Part shown: positions 35,131-53,781 of the stretch, one piece after another | How positions within the stretch are numbered: the stretch's first letter is position 1 | Layout of the letters: every line of letters begins with the position of its first letter | DNA from: the human T2T-CHM13v2.0 reference genome, Homo sapiens | Reading direction: 5' to 3' (one strand) | DNA length: 64,000 nt | Assembly: GCF_009914755.1 (NCBI RefSeq) | Contig: NC_060941.1 | Translations under genes and position numbers: made by a program | The notes under the pieces: model-generated | Databases searched by the model: none | What the model saw: the letters and a program-made list of their open reading frames with translations, nothing else | What the model was told of the DNA's origin: nothing

Positions 35131-35479
35131 TATATATAGTGGTATTGATGCATGTGAATTATTTTAAATCTCACTGAAGAATCATCTGTATTTTAGCATA
35201 TGGTCAACTTCCCTGAATAATGCATGCGTGCTAGAAAAGAATGTATATTCTCTGTTTGTTGCATGTAAAGTTGCATGTAGACCTATTATCTTGAGATTCA
35301 TAATCCTGTTATTGAAACTCCTAAAGCTCTCCTTCCTTTTATCTTCTTGATATATTGGTTTTTCAGAGGATTATGTAAAATTTTCCTACTATAGTTATTG
35401 ATTTTTCTTTCAGTCGTTATACCTTCTTGATTTCACATTCCTTTTATAAGTTTATAATGTGTCCAGACAAGGTGTTGTA

Positions 35480-35904
35480 GATTTATTTTTCCTCGTTCCT
35501 TCCTGCTGATTACTATGAACACTAGAAATAACAAACAAGAACTCTTGACAGGTAGGAAAAGGAAATTGGACTGGGTAGACAGGGACCCCAGGACTGGAGG
35601 AACATCATGTTAGTGGGGCATCTTATAACCCCAAGCCTAGCAATAGAAGATGGCCCACGTAGACTTATTCCTCCCCCTGTGGAACAAGGGCCCCACTAAC
35701 AACACCAGGTAGGCCTGGAGGGATTGATTGGAAACCCCACTAACCATAAGCAGCCAGAGGGGATCCCATCAGGCCTGAGACTCTCCTCTCCCATCTAGAG
35801 CAACAGGTGGATGGGCAGTACCATCACAGGGGACCTGCCACAGCAATCACAAGCCCAATCAGACCTGGGAATTCCTATTCTCCCACCCCAAACACACAGA
35901 CACA

Positions 35905-35938
<34 letters not shown>

Positions 35939-37380
35939 TACACCCCTAGAGACACCAGGTGGTTGGTTAGTACAGGCAGGTGGAAATCCCACCATATAGA
36001 GATAGAGGACTCCACACAGGAAGCACTCTACTTCCATATGGACTGAAGAATCCCTTTCCCCACCTTGGCCTAGACTGGGCAACCTCTTTCCACTCATTCA
36101 GGCAACACCAACAGGGATCAGTAGATAACCCAGAGCGGACCAAAATAGTGACACAAAGGTTCTGAAGACTAAATAGTCACTGGAAGCACAGCCCACCACA
36201 AAAAGTAGACCAAGGCCTGTATACTATATACTAAACCTAAATAAATCTTCTAAAAAATGAAAGATTTAAATAGAACCCAAAGTGTCTTAATATCCAGAAA
36301 TCAATCCAAAATTACCCATCATCCCAAGAAATAGGAATATCACAACTTGAAAGACAAAAGACAATCAACTAATGCTTATAGTGAGAAGAATCAGATTCTG
36401 GAATCATCTTGTCATGAGGGTTTAAAGCAGCCATCATAAAAAACAGTTTCAGTAAGAAATTACAAATTTTCTTAAAACTGATGAAAAAATAAAAAATCTT
36501 AGCAAAGAAATATGTTATAAAAAAAGAACCAAAATAAAATTATGAAATTAAAAATATACAATTACTAAAATATTTAAAACTCACTGGATGGGCTTGATAG
36601 TAGAGTGGAGATGACAAATAATAGAACCAGGGAACTTGAGGAGAGATCACTGTAATTTACCCAATCTGAACAACAAAAAGAAAATGGACTAAAAATAAAT
36701 GAACACAGCCTCTGGACCTTTCTTTGGGACAATGACACAAGATCCAGGAATCTTAACATCAGAGTCCCAGGAGAGAAAAAAAAGAGTAGGACTGAGAATA
36801 TTTAAAGAAAAAGCAGAAAATAATTTCCCAAATCTGGTTTATGTTCCAAATTATGAAAGACATATACTTACAGATTCAAGAAGCTGAACAAACCCCAAAT
36901 AAAGTCAAATAAATTCCTACCAAGACACATCATAATTAAAATGCTGCAAACTAAAGATAAAACAACTATTAACAGCAGCAGACAGAAATGTTTCCATTAC
37001 ATCCAGGGGAACACCAATTTGATGACACCAGGTTTCATGTTTGAAATCATGAAGTCCAGAAACAAATAACACATTCTTTAAGTGCTGTCAACTTGAAGAA
37101 AAAAAGAAAAGGAACTGCAAACTGTGAATTGTATCCAGTGAAATTATCCTTCAGGAATGAAGAGGAAATCCAATCATTCTCAAATGTATGTAAACTACAA
37201 GAATTTGTCGCTATCAGATTTAGCCTTAAGGAATGGTTAAAGGAATTTCTCTAAACAAAAAGAATATAATAAATGAAAGTATCATGGAGTATCAGGAAGC
37301 AAGGAAGGAACAATAGAAAAAGTAAAAATAAGGTCAAATACAATAGGTCATACCTCTTCTCAAATTTTACAAAATAATGT
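35480..37380 (+). mobile_element. Old L1M 5'UTR/ORF1 remnant with a (CT)n(CA)n microsatellite at ~35895-35945
   Basis: A-rich degenerate ORF1 motifs (CAGATTCAAGAAGCT.AAC.AACCCCAA; CCAAGACACATCATAATTAAA). Confidence 0.7.
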
Positions 37381-37400
37381 CCATTTTTTGTCCATTATAA

Positions 37401-40480
<3,080 letters not shown>

Positions 40481-41285
40481 TTACATTTTCTTCTTGTAAT
40501 CAGTCCTGCTATTGACAAATCAGATTTATTTATGTAATTATTATTTGTTGAGAAGCCACAAAATGCCAGGCACTGTTTTTTTTTTCACGTCGATACCTTT
40601 TTTTCTTCTCAACAATCAAAATACAAAGTTAAACACAATTGAGCCATTGTTTTGGTTATGCATAATGTGTATGCCTCCAAAAACAGAAGAAAAATAGGAA
40701 GAAGTACCCTCACTAAAGGTTCCCTGACTCGTCTTCCGGCAGATCCAACGAAGGGAGACTCAGGAAAATCACACTTAGAAAGCTGCCCAATGAGGTATTT
40801 ATGCAAAAAGAGTGTTCTGGAATTAAGAACATACTTTTATATTCCTGTATTTCTCAAAGAGATCAGAAAAGTAAATCACACACATTGAATTTTATTATTT
40901 TCTAAAAGAGGCCTCTGCCCCTTTAGAAAAATGAAATGAGGGGAGACAGCCCACGGTGGGGGTTTTAATTGGAAGAAGTCCTCGGCCAGAAACAGTCCTG
41001 AATGTTTAACCTCTGCCTTTCAGGAGAGAGGTCTGAATTTTATCATCTGGGGGGTGGGATGAAGGTCGGGGACTGAGCTGGAGGTCTTTAGGCTTGGTCA
41101 GGTGACAACACAAATCAACGTGTCGCTCAGGGTCCATAGCTGCTGGATGGCTTTTAGGGTGTCAGATGTTTAGGGAGACGGAGGGAACAGAGCACTGCAA
41201 AGATACTTTATTCCTATCTACTGGGAAAAATATGCTGGAAGTATTCAGCTTCAGGTCATGAATTCGACCTGCTGTAGAGGTGTAG

Positions 41286-41589
<304 letters not shown>

Positions 41590-42419
41590 GAGGTTTAGGT
41601 TTTTTCAGGTTCTCTCAACAGCAACCCACTGGAAGGTAAGTGTGGGGAATGCACCAGTTAGTTCCCACTGTCCAGGCTGATGGAGATCTGGCACTACCTG
41701 GTACTATTCCAGGCACTGTTTTTAACACTGAGGATTTTTTTTTTAATTGTGATTGTTTTCTTTTGTAGGTGATCTATGTTTTGTTTCTGGTAGGCTTTAG
41801 AATTTCTTCGTTAGATTTCACCGTAATATGTGGTGTCTTTTCATAATTTTGTTTGACTCTCTATCAATAATTTCAATATGAAGTCTTTAATTTTTTATTT
41901 TTCCATAATTCTTGATTATTTCTTAAAATAGTTCCTCCTCTCTGTTTTTCTTTCCTTATGGATTCTCATAAAGTCTAGTCAGCTTCCATACTGCTTAATA
42001 TTTCTTTCGTATTTTTCAACTTTTTCTCCCTTCCTGGTATCTTCTGGAAGTGTAGAGTTCCCTAGCCTGATATTGTAGCTTCACTAGAATATTGTAGATA
42101 TTCACTTTTCAATTTTACACATTCTGCTATCCAATCTAGTATTAACCATCATATTTTGACACACAGTTTCGTTGTTTTTATTTTTATGACAAGTTCTTGC
42201 TTGATATTTCCTGTCTCCTCCTTTATCATTCTTAGGATAGCTTTTTAAAAGTATGTGTACAGGCCACACACCTCCTAGGACCGACTGTAGCCATTTGTCT
42301 TCCTGTGGGTTTCAAATAAACTTTTCAATAGTTGCTCAATCCAACAATTTCCCTCTTCCAGACAATTCCCAGATTGGATTTTGACAAAGAAGATCCTGTT
42401 TTATGTTAGAAAGTGGAAT

Positions 42420-42905
42420 TAGTTAAATTTTCCTGCATAACAATATGACCACATACTCAGTGGTCCAAAATAGCACATGTTTATTATCTCATAGTTTCTA
42501 TGGGTGAGAGTCTGAGCACAGCTTAAGTGAGTCCTTTGCAGCCAGCTATCAAGATGTCAGGCAAGACAGGGTTCTCATGGGAAGACTCTACAAACAATGA
42601 TTCACTTCCAAGCACACAGAGCTGTCCAAAGGGTTCAGCTCCTTGCAGGTTGTGGGACCAAGGGCCTTCGGTTCTTGCAGGCTATTGGCTGGAGGCCATC
42701 CTCAGTTCCTTGTCATATGGGCCTCCCCAACATCACCACCACTTCATCAAAGCCAGCAAGAGAGGAGTCTCCTAGCAAGACACACGTTAGACTTTTATGT
42801 CACCTTTATTGCACTGTATTGGTTAGAAGCAAGTCCCAGTCCATACACAAGAGGGGATTGCACAAAGGTGTAACTACCAGGTGGCTGAGATAATGGGAGT
42901 TACAA
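42420..42905 (-). mobile_element. MLT1-type MaLR LTR
   Basis: TTTATTATCTCATAGTTTCTATGGG..; GCTATTGGCTGGAGGCC..CCTCAGTTCCTTG. Confidence 0.65.
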
Positions 42906-43699
42906 ATCCCTTCTGGGAGCTGGAAATCATCTTTCCTTGAAGTTTCTAAAAGCCACTGAACGGTTTGAAGCACTAAAGTAATAGCATATTCTTGTTTTAG
43001 AAAGAGCACTAGCCAGAAAGTGTGGAGAACAGATTGGTGGTAGAGAAAACCTTAGTTAGGGAATCCAGTTACCAGGCTGCAACGGCAATCCTAGTGAAAT
43101 GGTGGTGGCCCCAACTAAGGTAATGCTACTGAGAATAGAGAAAGATGGAAACAATTGAGTTATTTAAGATACAATGAATAGGACTTGGTGATAAATAGAT
43201 GGTGAGATCAAAGAGTTAAGAATATTCAGGCTCTGGTTTGTGCAAATGAGTGAGTGGGCAGTAATGTCATTCACTGAGAAAAGGAGGGCAGTCTAGACAC
43301 GAAGCTGGAGGTGGATGGGTTAGTCCTCTAACAGAATTGGAGAGACTGAATAACTCTCCCTTGAAAGAACCACCTTTTATGATATGTTTAAACTAATGCT
43401 TATGTCTGCAAAGAACCTATTGCTTAAATTTGTTACAACAGGTTCAATCTTTTCAACTCATTTTAAATACATGAATTTTAGGATTACAAGTAGTCTGTGG
43501 ATACAGGAACATCTGACTGAGTGTACAAAGAGGGACCTGCTCTTCCTAAAAACATCCTTCGTATGTTTTGAAAGCAAAAGGATGAGTTCTGGGCGCACAA
43601 AATATGGATAAAAGCTATGTATTTTAACGTATCTTACACCGGAGTAATTTGGGTTGAACTCAGCAGCCCTAAGCACTGTGCCGCAGGAACTTGTGCAGA

Positions 43700-44300
43700 C
43701 AAAGCGCGGGGACGGACCCTGACTCCGGTCCGCGTCTCCGCTGCTCCCTCCCTCCCTTGCTCTGAGGATTAGACACAGGAGATGCTGCCTCATACTCTCG
43801 CGAGACGGACGGAGCTCTTCGATCGTCCGATTCTCCCAGCCGCACCACGGGTGCTCCCACCTGCGGAGAACCGGAGTCTGGCGATGCCAAGGCGCTTCTG
43901 GGAATTGTAGTTCCGGGCGGGATGAGGGCAGCACGCCTGGCTCCGCTCCTTCTTACGCATGCGCGACTCCGAGCTGGCCAAAGAAGTTCGTCCCCTTTGT
44001 GAGGCCCGGGATGGGAGGTGAGTTGCTTGTGGTGATGTCGCTCGTCTCGGCTCGGCCTCGGCGGTGGTTCCCCGGGTCGTTCTGTGCCGAGTCGGGGCTA
44101 GAGTGCGCGTTTGTTAAAGGGGCCTCGAGGGCAGACCATGAGCCCTGTCCCTTCTCACTCTGGCCTGATCCTCTCCTCGGGGGACGCGGTTGTGCCACGG
44201 GCGGGGTGGTCGCGGGGTTCTGGGCCAGTGCCCCGAGCGCGGCAGAATTTGTCCAAACTCCTGATGCCCCAGCGTCACCTCTTCCAGGTGCCCGGTTCCC
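43700..44300 (+). promoter_or_regulatory. ZNF286A: ZNF286A CpG-island promoter and noncoding exon 1 (donor after 44017)
   Basis: TCTCGCGAGA (BANP/ZBTB33) at 43796-43805; ZNF143/THAP11 motif AACTACAATTCCCAGAAGCGC at 43892-43912(-); NRF1-like CGCATGCGC at 43956-43964; GGAG/GTGAGT donor. Confidence 0.85.
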
Positions 44301-44569
44301 CCAGGGACAGCTTCAAGCGGTAGGGACAGACATCTGAGGACCCAGCCTCAGGGATGCTGTCCCCGGGCTTCCAGGCTCCAGCGCCGTAGGACTGAGGCAG
44401 ACTCCACGGTGAGAAAGAGACCCGATCTAACCCAGGCCTTTCATCAGAGCCCAGGAGGGAAGGCAGGAAGTGGGACCACGAGGCCCGGGGGGCTTCTAAC
44501 TCGTCTGTCCAGGGAGATCTGAATTGGGGTGAAGAGCAGAATCTCCAGAACAAGGAGGAGGTGGTGATC

Positions 44570-44606
44570 ATGGAGACAGATTTGGCTGAAATGCCTGAGA
44601 AAGGAG
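44570..44606 (+). CDS. ZNF286A: ZNF286A first coding exon (METDLAEMPEKG)
   Basis: ATCATGG Kozak context; 37 nt; G/GTGAG phase-1 donor. Confidence 0.93.
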
Positions 44607-45391
44607 GTGAGAATTGCGGACGTGTTGAACTTGTAGCGTGGAAGGACGAAATTCCTGCTCCTGAAGGGAAAACGGTTGGCTCAGGGGAGGTGGCTCTTGG
44701 CTGGCTGTCTCCATTGTCTTGGGGATGGATGGGCTTTTTAAGTGAGACTGAAGGGCTTGGTATGGGAGCACCGCCCTTTCCATGGCAGCTGGGCACACAG
44801 TGGACCCTTCAAAGCTACCCCCAAAATGTGAGTGAAATGTTAACTTCTATGGCAAGAATTCACCTCTTTGGTTGTCAAAAATGTTTTGTTTTACATAGGA
44901 GAAAACAGGCGTAGTAGTTAATGACTGACTTCCATTCTACCTGACCAGTTTCATGAAGGTTGTGCTGTGACCTCCTACACCAGAATTCCCCCTGGGGTGG
45001 TTGTTAGATTTCTGGATTGTACCCCAGGCTCAACTAATGCTTATTACTTTGAGGTGGGGTCCAGCAATCTACATTATAAATAAGCTTTCAGAGTGAGAAC
45101 CAACGAGTATAGATTAAACTGGGAAATTTACTGACATATTCTAATTTCTAGATCAGAGGATGCCATCTTACAGAATGTGTTATGATTATAGCAACTGAAT
45201 TCGAGCCCAGAGTAGCAATATTCCCGCATATCCCGGGAAGAGGGTCCTGGGAGGAGGTCGGTTGTTTTGGGGGTACCTTCAGTCTCAGTGTTTGTAGGCA
45301 GCACATATAGTATGTTGAAGTGGTTTTTAGACTTTAAATCTGAGTGGCACGTTAAGCCTAGGTCTCATCATTACTGCTTTCTTGTCGTTAG

Positions 45392-45480
45392 CTCTGTCTT
45401 CCCAGGATTCTCCCCATTTCCAAGAGAAGAGCACAGAAGAGGGAGAAGTGGCTGCTCTGCGCCTCACGGCCAGATCCCAG
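45392..45480 (+). CDS. ZNF286A: ZNF286A pre-KRAB exon (ALSSQDSPHFQEKSTEEGEVAALRLTARSQ)
   Basis: 89 nt, ttag/ ... CAG/GTGAGT; frame continuous. Confidence 0.95.
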
Positions 45481-46080
45481 GTGAGTGAGTGCTGATTATT
45501 GGAATTACACCTTGTTTCTTAGAGTACAGATGCACTCCCTTCTTTGTGATGTGGAGTTTCTTTATCCACTAAAGCCCATCTGCAGAGCTGAGTTCTAAAT
45601 CTAAGAGACTAGTCAGGAGACTAATGGACTCAGAAGAAAATGTTTTCTACTTATAACACTGGATGGATTTCTTCCCTATTTAGTGTTTATTGTCCCTCAA
45701 CAGATAGGTAAGCAGCATTTCCCTTTCTTAGCCTCCTATGCTCATTTCTGTGCTTGGTAATGTGAGAAACTATTTTAAATATAATGTGGTACATACCTCT
45801 TAAAACTTGTTTCTCTAGAGGAAACAGCATGTATGTGACCTTAAGTGGCAATCTAAGAAAGCACTTAAATGCTGAAGTGATTGTAAAAATAATAAATACT
45901 CACATAGTTCAAAGAAATACTGGAAAAGGAAAGCCTATGAAGGCGTAATTTAAAGAGTTACAGTTAGAATCCAGCCCTCTGAGATGATGAAAGCTAAGGT
46001 ATGATCATGTCTGCAACTTACTTTTATATTGTTGGCCCCTCTCTCCCAAAAGGTAAATATGACAAATATTACGAATGTTT

Positions 46081-46834
<754 letters not shown>

Positions 46835-48295
46835 TCAGCCTTTCTCTTTGCTTCTGTAATCCAAGGTGTAAAAAGTAGATACTGCACGTTCATAGTGTTT
46901 GTAAAAGTCACTTCCTTTATGTACTTGCCTGTCTCCATTGGCTTCTCAACTGTCTTACATTAGTCTTGAAGACTTTATTAGTCAAGAAGCTTTAAGTTGC
47001 AGCTGATAAAGTCAATTCAAATGGGTCTAAGTGAAAAGAAGTAACTATTGACTAACAAACTGAAAAATCTAGGTCTGGCTACATATAGGGCTCAAACAAG
47101 AATGTTAAAACCTAATTCTTCATTTTACTGACCTTTTCTCTCCATGGGTTTTATGGCCAAACAAGTTTTTCTCCTAGTGTTGGCCTCTAACGAGTTTAGG
47201 CTTACATCTTCCTGTGTTGAAGGCCAGAGAAAAAGGGCAGATTCTCTTCTAGTCATTCTTGCAGAAGTGCTGGGATTGACTCTAATGGGGTATTAGGCCC
47301 ATTCCTGGATGAGATATTGGCCAAATTTAAGTGTAATTCTTTATAGAATATACCTACACACACACGCACATACACATGCGCGTGCACGCACAAACATCCC
47401 ACCCATGAATCAGAGATGGCGTCAGTACTACCTGAGCTACACAGATTCAAAGTGGCCAGGCATAGTAGCTAGGGGAAAATTAGGGCACTGGTACCAGAAG
47501 CGTGAATATATATTTCAATACTTTGATATCAGATTCAACACTGTTAACAGCATCAAGGTGATTGAACCTATTATGGAAAATTTTTAAAACTCTCTTTGTT
47601 CTTTGTGCATTTTATTAGATTTTAAAAATGCAATATTGGAGCTTTTTTTCTTGTTAGAATTTGCCTGGGCTATTTTTTACCTTTGATTTGTTAGATTTTT
47701 AAAAATATTAAAAGTTTTAGTTCTTCAATGTAATAAAGTGAACAACACAGACATACAGAAATGTAAAGGTAATGCTACTTCCCCCTCAAATTCAGTCCCT
47801 GCCTCTCTCTACTATGTATATTTTTTCACATTTTTTGTTGTACTTGCACTACTGTATTCAGACATATGGTATACTATATTTCCTTCCATCTACCTACCAG
47901 TACCCAACCCAGCAATAATATTTTGTTTGGATGGCCTATTCTGTATATAGGATGTGGCTTTTTAAAAAAACCTTTTTATAAGGGAAATTTGCTCATTCAC
48001 ATATAATACATGTGTTTCAAACTTTTATTGCCATGTGATTTTTATAATTCTGTTTCCTGTGCTTTATTGTTTCCTCTTTTGTAGTTTTCCTGCTGTTTGT
48101 GCAATGGTTTGCATTTTTGTTGTTCTGGCTTTTTCTTCTAATTTTTGGGCACTTAATCTCCACTGAATGTGGATTTAGTTATGTATATGCAGATTCTAGG
48201 CTAAGGTTCATTTTTCCTCATAATGTCTTTTCTACTTAGGGGCTACTTAGTGATTTTTACATATTATTTTATCTTAAGGGAATAATTCTCTTATT

Positions 48296-49332
48296 ATTAT
48301 TATTATTATTTTTTTTTTGCTTTTCCAACTTTATTTAGAAAAACAAATCCAGGTCCCAGTGCCCCCTGTACCCTCCCCGACCCCAGCCATAATTTAAATA
48401 ACTTAGAGACAGAGTTGGAGGGAGGGGACAGGAGAGGTTGGGGTCACGGTGGAAGGAGGAAGAGAGCCCACTACAGCCGCCGCAGCGCCCGCTTCTTGTC
48501 CGTCTTTTTCTTGGCCGCCAGCTTCTTATCGCGCTCGCCAGCATGCTTCTTGGCCATGGGACCCTCAGCCCCTCCCAGGCCCCCTGGGGCCCCAGGGTCG
48601 GTGGAGGAAGCTGCAGTGCCACTGGCCAGGGCCCGCCCGGCTTCGGCCCTGCCGCTGGGCCCGCCGGCGCCCCCGTGGATCTCTGTGAGCAGACGGGCCC
48701 GAGCCGCATACTCCTCGGAGTTCTCCAAGAGCAGGCGGCCCGCCTCCTCGTTGAGTGCAGACTCGGGGTTAGGGTGGATCAGCAGGCACCTGATGGTCAG
48801 CAGTACGTGTCGGATGCCCAGCTCAGCCGTCCAGTCCCTCTTGAGCACGTTGACGCAGATCTCGCCATTGGCGCCCACGTTCGGGTGGAAGATCTTGGTC
48901 AGGAAGTAGCCCTTGGGTGGGGAGGCAGGGAAGTCCTTCCCCAGCAGGAGTTTCATGCGGAACAGACCTCCAGCATATGGGGTCCCTTCAGGGCCCTCGA
49001 TGGTGACCTGGAGGTCGGTGAGGTCCTCCTCGTTGGGAAAGACCTTGATGCCATCGGGTGGGTCTGCGGTCAGTGTCGTCACCTCCTTGTACACCAGGCG
49101 GATGATGTGCGGGGGCAGTTTCTCCACGTTGGAGTTCATGGCTGCGGCCGGCCGGGGGCGGGTCCCCCCGGCCCCCTTCCTGCGTTCTTCGGTCCGCCGG
49201 CCGGGGCGGGGGCCCAACTGCTGCCGCTGCGGCCCTGGAGAGGCCCCGGCGGCCCCGCTCCGCTCCCCGCTGCCTCTGACGTCCGCCGCGCACAGCGTAC
49301 ACCAACCTGCCTCCCCGGTGCCCGGCAGCACT
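48296..49332 (-). pseudogene. UBE2SP1: Processed UBE2S retrocopy; intact ORF 49139->48471 (222 aa)
   Basis: Intronless UBE2S coding sequence (HPN motif, C95, C-terminal KKRALRRL), 5'UTR, AATAAA at 48330-48335(-), poly(A)/(AAT)n tail, 13-bp TSD TAATTCTCTTATT at 48283-48295 and 49333-49345. Confidence 0.93.
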
Positions 49333-50625
49333 TAATTCTCTTATTTCTTAAATCTTAGATTATTTTCCGCATAGTAGCTTTACTTTGAGATAATTTTAGA
49401 CATAAGAAGTGTTGCAAATAGCACAAAGAACTTGTATATGCTTCACCCAGATTTTGCAAAAATTTATATTTTACTTTGCTTTATTATTATTTTTTCAAAA
49501 TCAGGACATTCACATTGGCATAATACTATAACCTACTGACCTTATTCAGATTTTTCCAGCTGTCTTATTTTTCTCTTTTTAAAATTTCTGCTTTTATATT
49601 GTAAATATTTCTCTTTTCCTTTGTTTTTTGTTCTAACTTGATTTTTGTGCTCTGGTCATTTATTTACATTTTAAAAAAATGAAATGGAAGTGTTTAAAGC
49701 TACGAAATTTCCTCTGAGTACAGTTTTAGCCATGTGGCATTTTTTTTCCTATTTTATTTCATTATTTTCATATTTTGATATATTTTCTCAGTTATTATAA
49801 ATTATTCCGTTCTATTTTTGGAATGTATTGAAATTTACTTTGTTACTTTTTGCAAATGCTACATGAATGTTTAAACAGTAGGTGTTTTCCATCCAGTTAG
49901 AGCATTTGATTCATATTTATTTCAGTAACCTTGAAATATTATTCCTGTTGTCTATGGGTTTACTTAAAGGTGCATGTTCAATGCAGATATGTATCTATCT
50001 CCTTATGGTTTTTGTATTTTTTGTCTTATAGAAGTATAATCTTACGATATTTTATACCTAAATATTTATGAATTGTATCTCATAAATTGGAGCCATTTTC
50101 CAATTTAATGCTCTTTGCCTTGAATTAATTCATGTTTAACTGGATTGGTTTTTTGCTGTCTTTTCTTTCCGTGACTTCTCCATTTACAAGTTCTGTATTG
50201 CAGTTCGTCTTGTGATTGGCTAGATTGACTCTTCAATTTTTTATTGAGGACTCAGAGAAGCATTATGTAGACGTGACTTTTTTTCCCTCTGCTGATATTT
50301 TACTTTAATCAAACTACATTGTTGACTTATTGGTTCATATTTTAATACTTTATTCCCCAGAAAAATTGTAGTCTCTCAATGGAGAAACCAGGGTCATCTT
50401 TTGGTTCTCATATTGAATCTAGCATAATATGCCTGGTACATAATTGATAGTTACCCTTTACATAAAATACTCCGAATCTGACGACCATTAGAATACTTGT
50501 CATTTATCATAGTCAGTTCCCCTCTTAAGTGCATCTCAGGCTTTTGCTCCAGGGCCAGCAGAAACTGGGGGATGAAAGAGAAGTAATTAAGGGAAAGATG
50601 TTGAAAAAAATATTTTATGTTTTAG

Positions 50626-50754
<129 letters not shown>

Positions 50755-51397
50755 TGATTCTGGAATCTGCTTATAGGAGCATCATTACTTTAATGAAAGT
50801 GAAATAGCTTAACAAAGCCTTCACCTTTGCATTCAGGAGTCAAAAAGTGTTAATTCTTTTTGGCCTGTGTAGAAAATCTGTTTTTGCTCTAGATTCTTGA
50901 TGAAATGTCTGTGCTTGTTTTGTATCAGTATTCTTTGGGTTTAAGTGACAGAAACTTAACTCACACTCTTAAAGGGGAAAAAAATTTTGATTTTTCAGAG
51001 ATCCAAATATATTATCAAGAATTTCCTTTATTCATTGATTTATTTTTAATCAATTAGCTTGGTTTTGCTCTGTATTAGCTTTATTCCTAGGATTTCCCCA
51101 TGTGGCAAAGATGGCCAGTGGCAGTCCCAGGGTTACGTTATTCTTCCAGTTAGATAGCAAAGCTAAAAAAGAAAATGCTTCTTTCCTGGGAGTTTCAGCA
51201 AATAAGGTCACAGGCCCATCAGTGAAACAATCTCTAGAGCCAGCGAGATTGAGTACTCTGTGGCCAGTTTTAGATCCTGGGCTTACTAGCATGCACGCAT
51301 ACACACATGCATGCATATGATTGTATGAGGGGTGGAGGGGACTGTTAGCCCCTCCCAAACCTTATGTAAAAAAATCCCCTAAGAAAGTGACTTCTGA

Positions 51398-51935
<538 letters not shown>

Positions 51936-52109
51936 TTACCAGGCCCAGACTCTTGCTGCAGATATTTAAGCTTCATTTAGAGGTCCACCCTCCCTTACTT
52001 CAGCTCTTCCTGTAATACTTTGTAGATCAAGAGGTTGAGACCATATTCCGGTTTAGATCTTTATACCCATTACAAATAACTAAGTCCAGCAGGACGGTGG
52101 CCATGAAAG

Positions 52110-52280
52110 TTGGTCGTGGTGGCTCACACCTGTAATCCCAGCACTTAGGGAGGCAGAGGTGGGAGGATAGCTTGAGCCCCGGAGTTCGAAACCTGCCTGG
52201 GCAATATAGTGAGATCCCATTAACTTTAAAAATAAAAAATAAAAAGTAAATTTTTATAAATTAAAAAAAAAGAAAGAAAG
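52110..52280 (+). mobile_element. FLAM/FAM Alu monomer
   Basis: Single-arm Alu with A-rich tail. Confidence 0.75.
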
Positions 52281-52393
52281 TTGGAATTCACTAAGGAATA
52301 TGTAACAATTCAACTGGCTTGAAGAAAACTTCCACAAATAACTTACTCCCATTACTTTCTTCTTTCTGTCTTTTTCTTTTTTTAAATGAATAG

Positions 52394-52486
52394 GGCTTCC
52401 AGTTTCCAAACCTGAGAGCTACAACTTGGAGAATGGAAAAGAACCATTGAAGCTTGAGAGAAAAGCCCCCAAAAGCAGCTATTCAG
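52394..52486 (+). CDS. ZNF286A: ZNF286A KRAB-B exon (WLPVSKPESYNLENGKEPLKLERKAPKSSYS)
   Basis: 93 nt, tag/ ... G/GTGAG; frame continuous. Confidence 0.95.
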
Positions 52487-53430
52487 GTGAGCCAGATAGA
52501 TGGGAGTCTTCATAAATGATAGCCCAGCAGGACAATGAAGAAATACTTTTCAGTGCTTAAGAAAGTGCCTGTGTGCCCTTATTTTTAAATTTTTTTAAAA
52601 TTCTAAAGCATTTAAAATATATACAGAAGTCCAGAAAATAAAATAACATTCATGTATCCATCACTGAGATTAGACACGTACTAATATTTTGCTTCGTTTG
52701 CCTCTTTTCTTTCTTCCTTTCTTTTTCTTACAATATAAAACTAATAATTATACAGTTGGATGAATTTTCACTAATTTAGCACATTCATGTAACGATTGCC
52801 CAAATCAAGAAAATAGCCTTACCAGCGCCTCTAGAAGCACCGGTGTGCCCTGTTTCAGGACCCTCCCTTCTCCCAAGGGTCACCTTATCCTAACTTATAG
52901 CACCAAGTTTTGACGGTTCTTGAACTTTCTATAAATGGAATCATATTGTATATACTCTTGTGTCTGGCTTCCTTCACTGCACATTAGCTGTGAGATACAT
53001 CTTTGTTGCTGCATATCATCATAATTTATTCATTATCATTGTATAATTTTTTGTTTTGTTAATATACCCAGTTTATTCTTCTGAAGATGAGTATTTGGAT
53101 AGTTTCCAGTTTTTAGCTGTCTGAATAATGCCACTATGTACACTTTTTAAATGCCTTTTGGTGAACAAATATATGCATTTCTTCTGGATATATACATACA
53201 AGTAGACTTGTTTTATCAGAGGATAGATACATACTCACTTTTGGTAGATAGTGCCAAAGAGGTTTCTAGAGTCATTGTACCAATTACATTCCTAGCAGCA
53301 GAGTATGTGCGTTCTAGTTGTTCCACATGCTTGTCAACACTTAATATTGCTTGTTTTCATTTTAGCCATCCTTTTGAGGTGTGTGATGTCTTTTATTTTT
53401 TAAGAAATAAAAATATTACATATTCAGTTA

Positions 53431-53781
<351 letters not shown>

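Noticed and set aside
49140-49331. 64-aa N-terminal extension in the 286-aa ORF call
   Set aside because: GC-rich UBE2S 5'UTR read from a non-ATG codon; the true start is MNSNVE at 49139.
48438-49358. 306-aa plus-strand ORF and other overlapping ORFs
   Set aside because: Antisense shadow of the GC-rich UBE2S coding sequence; non-ATG start; no domain.
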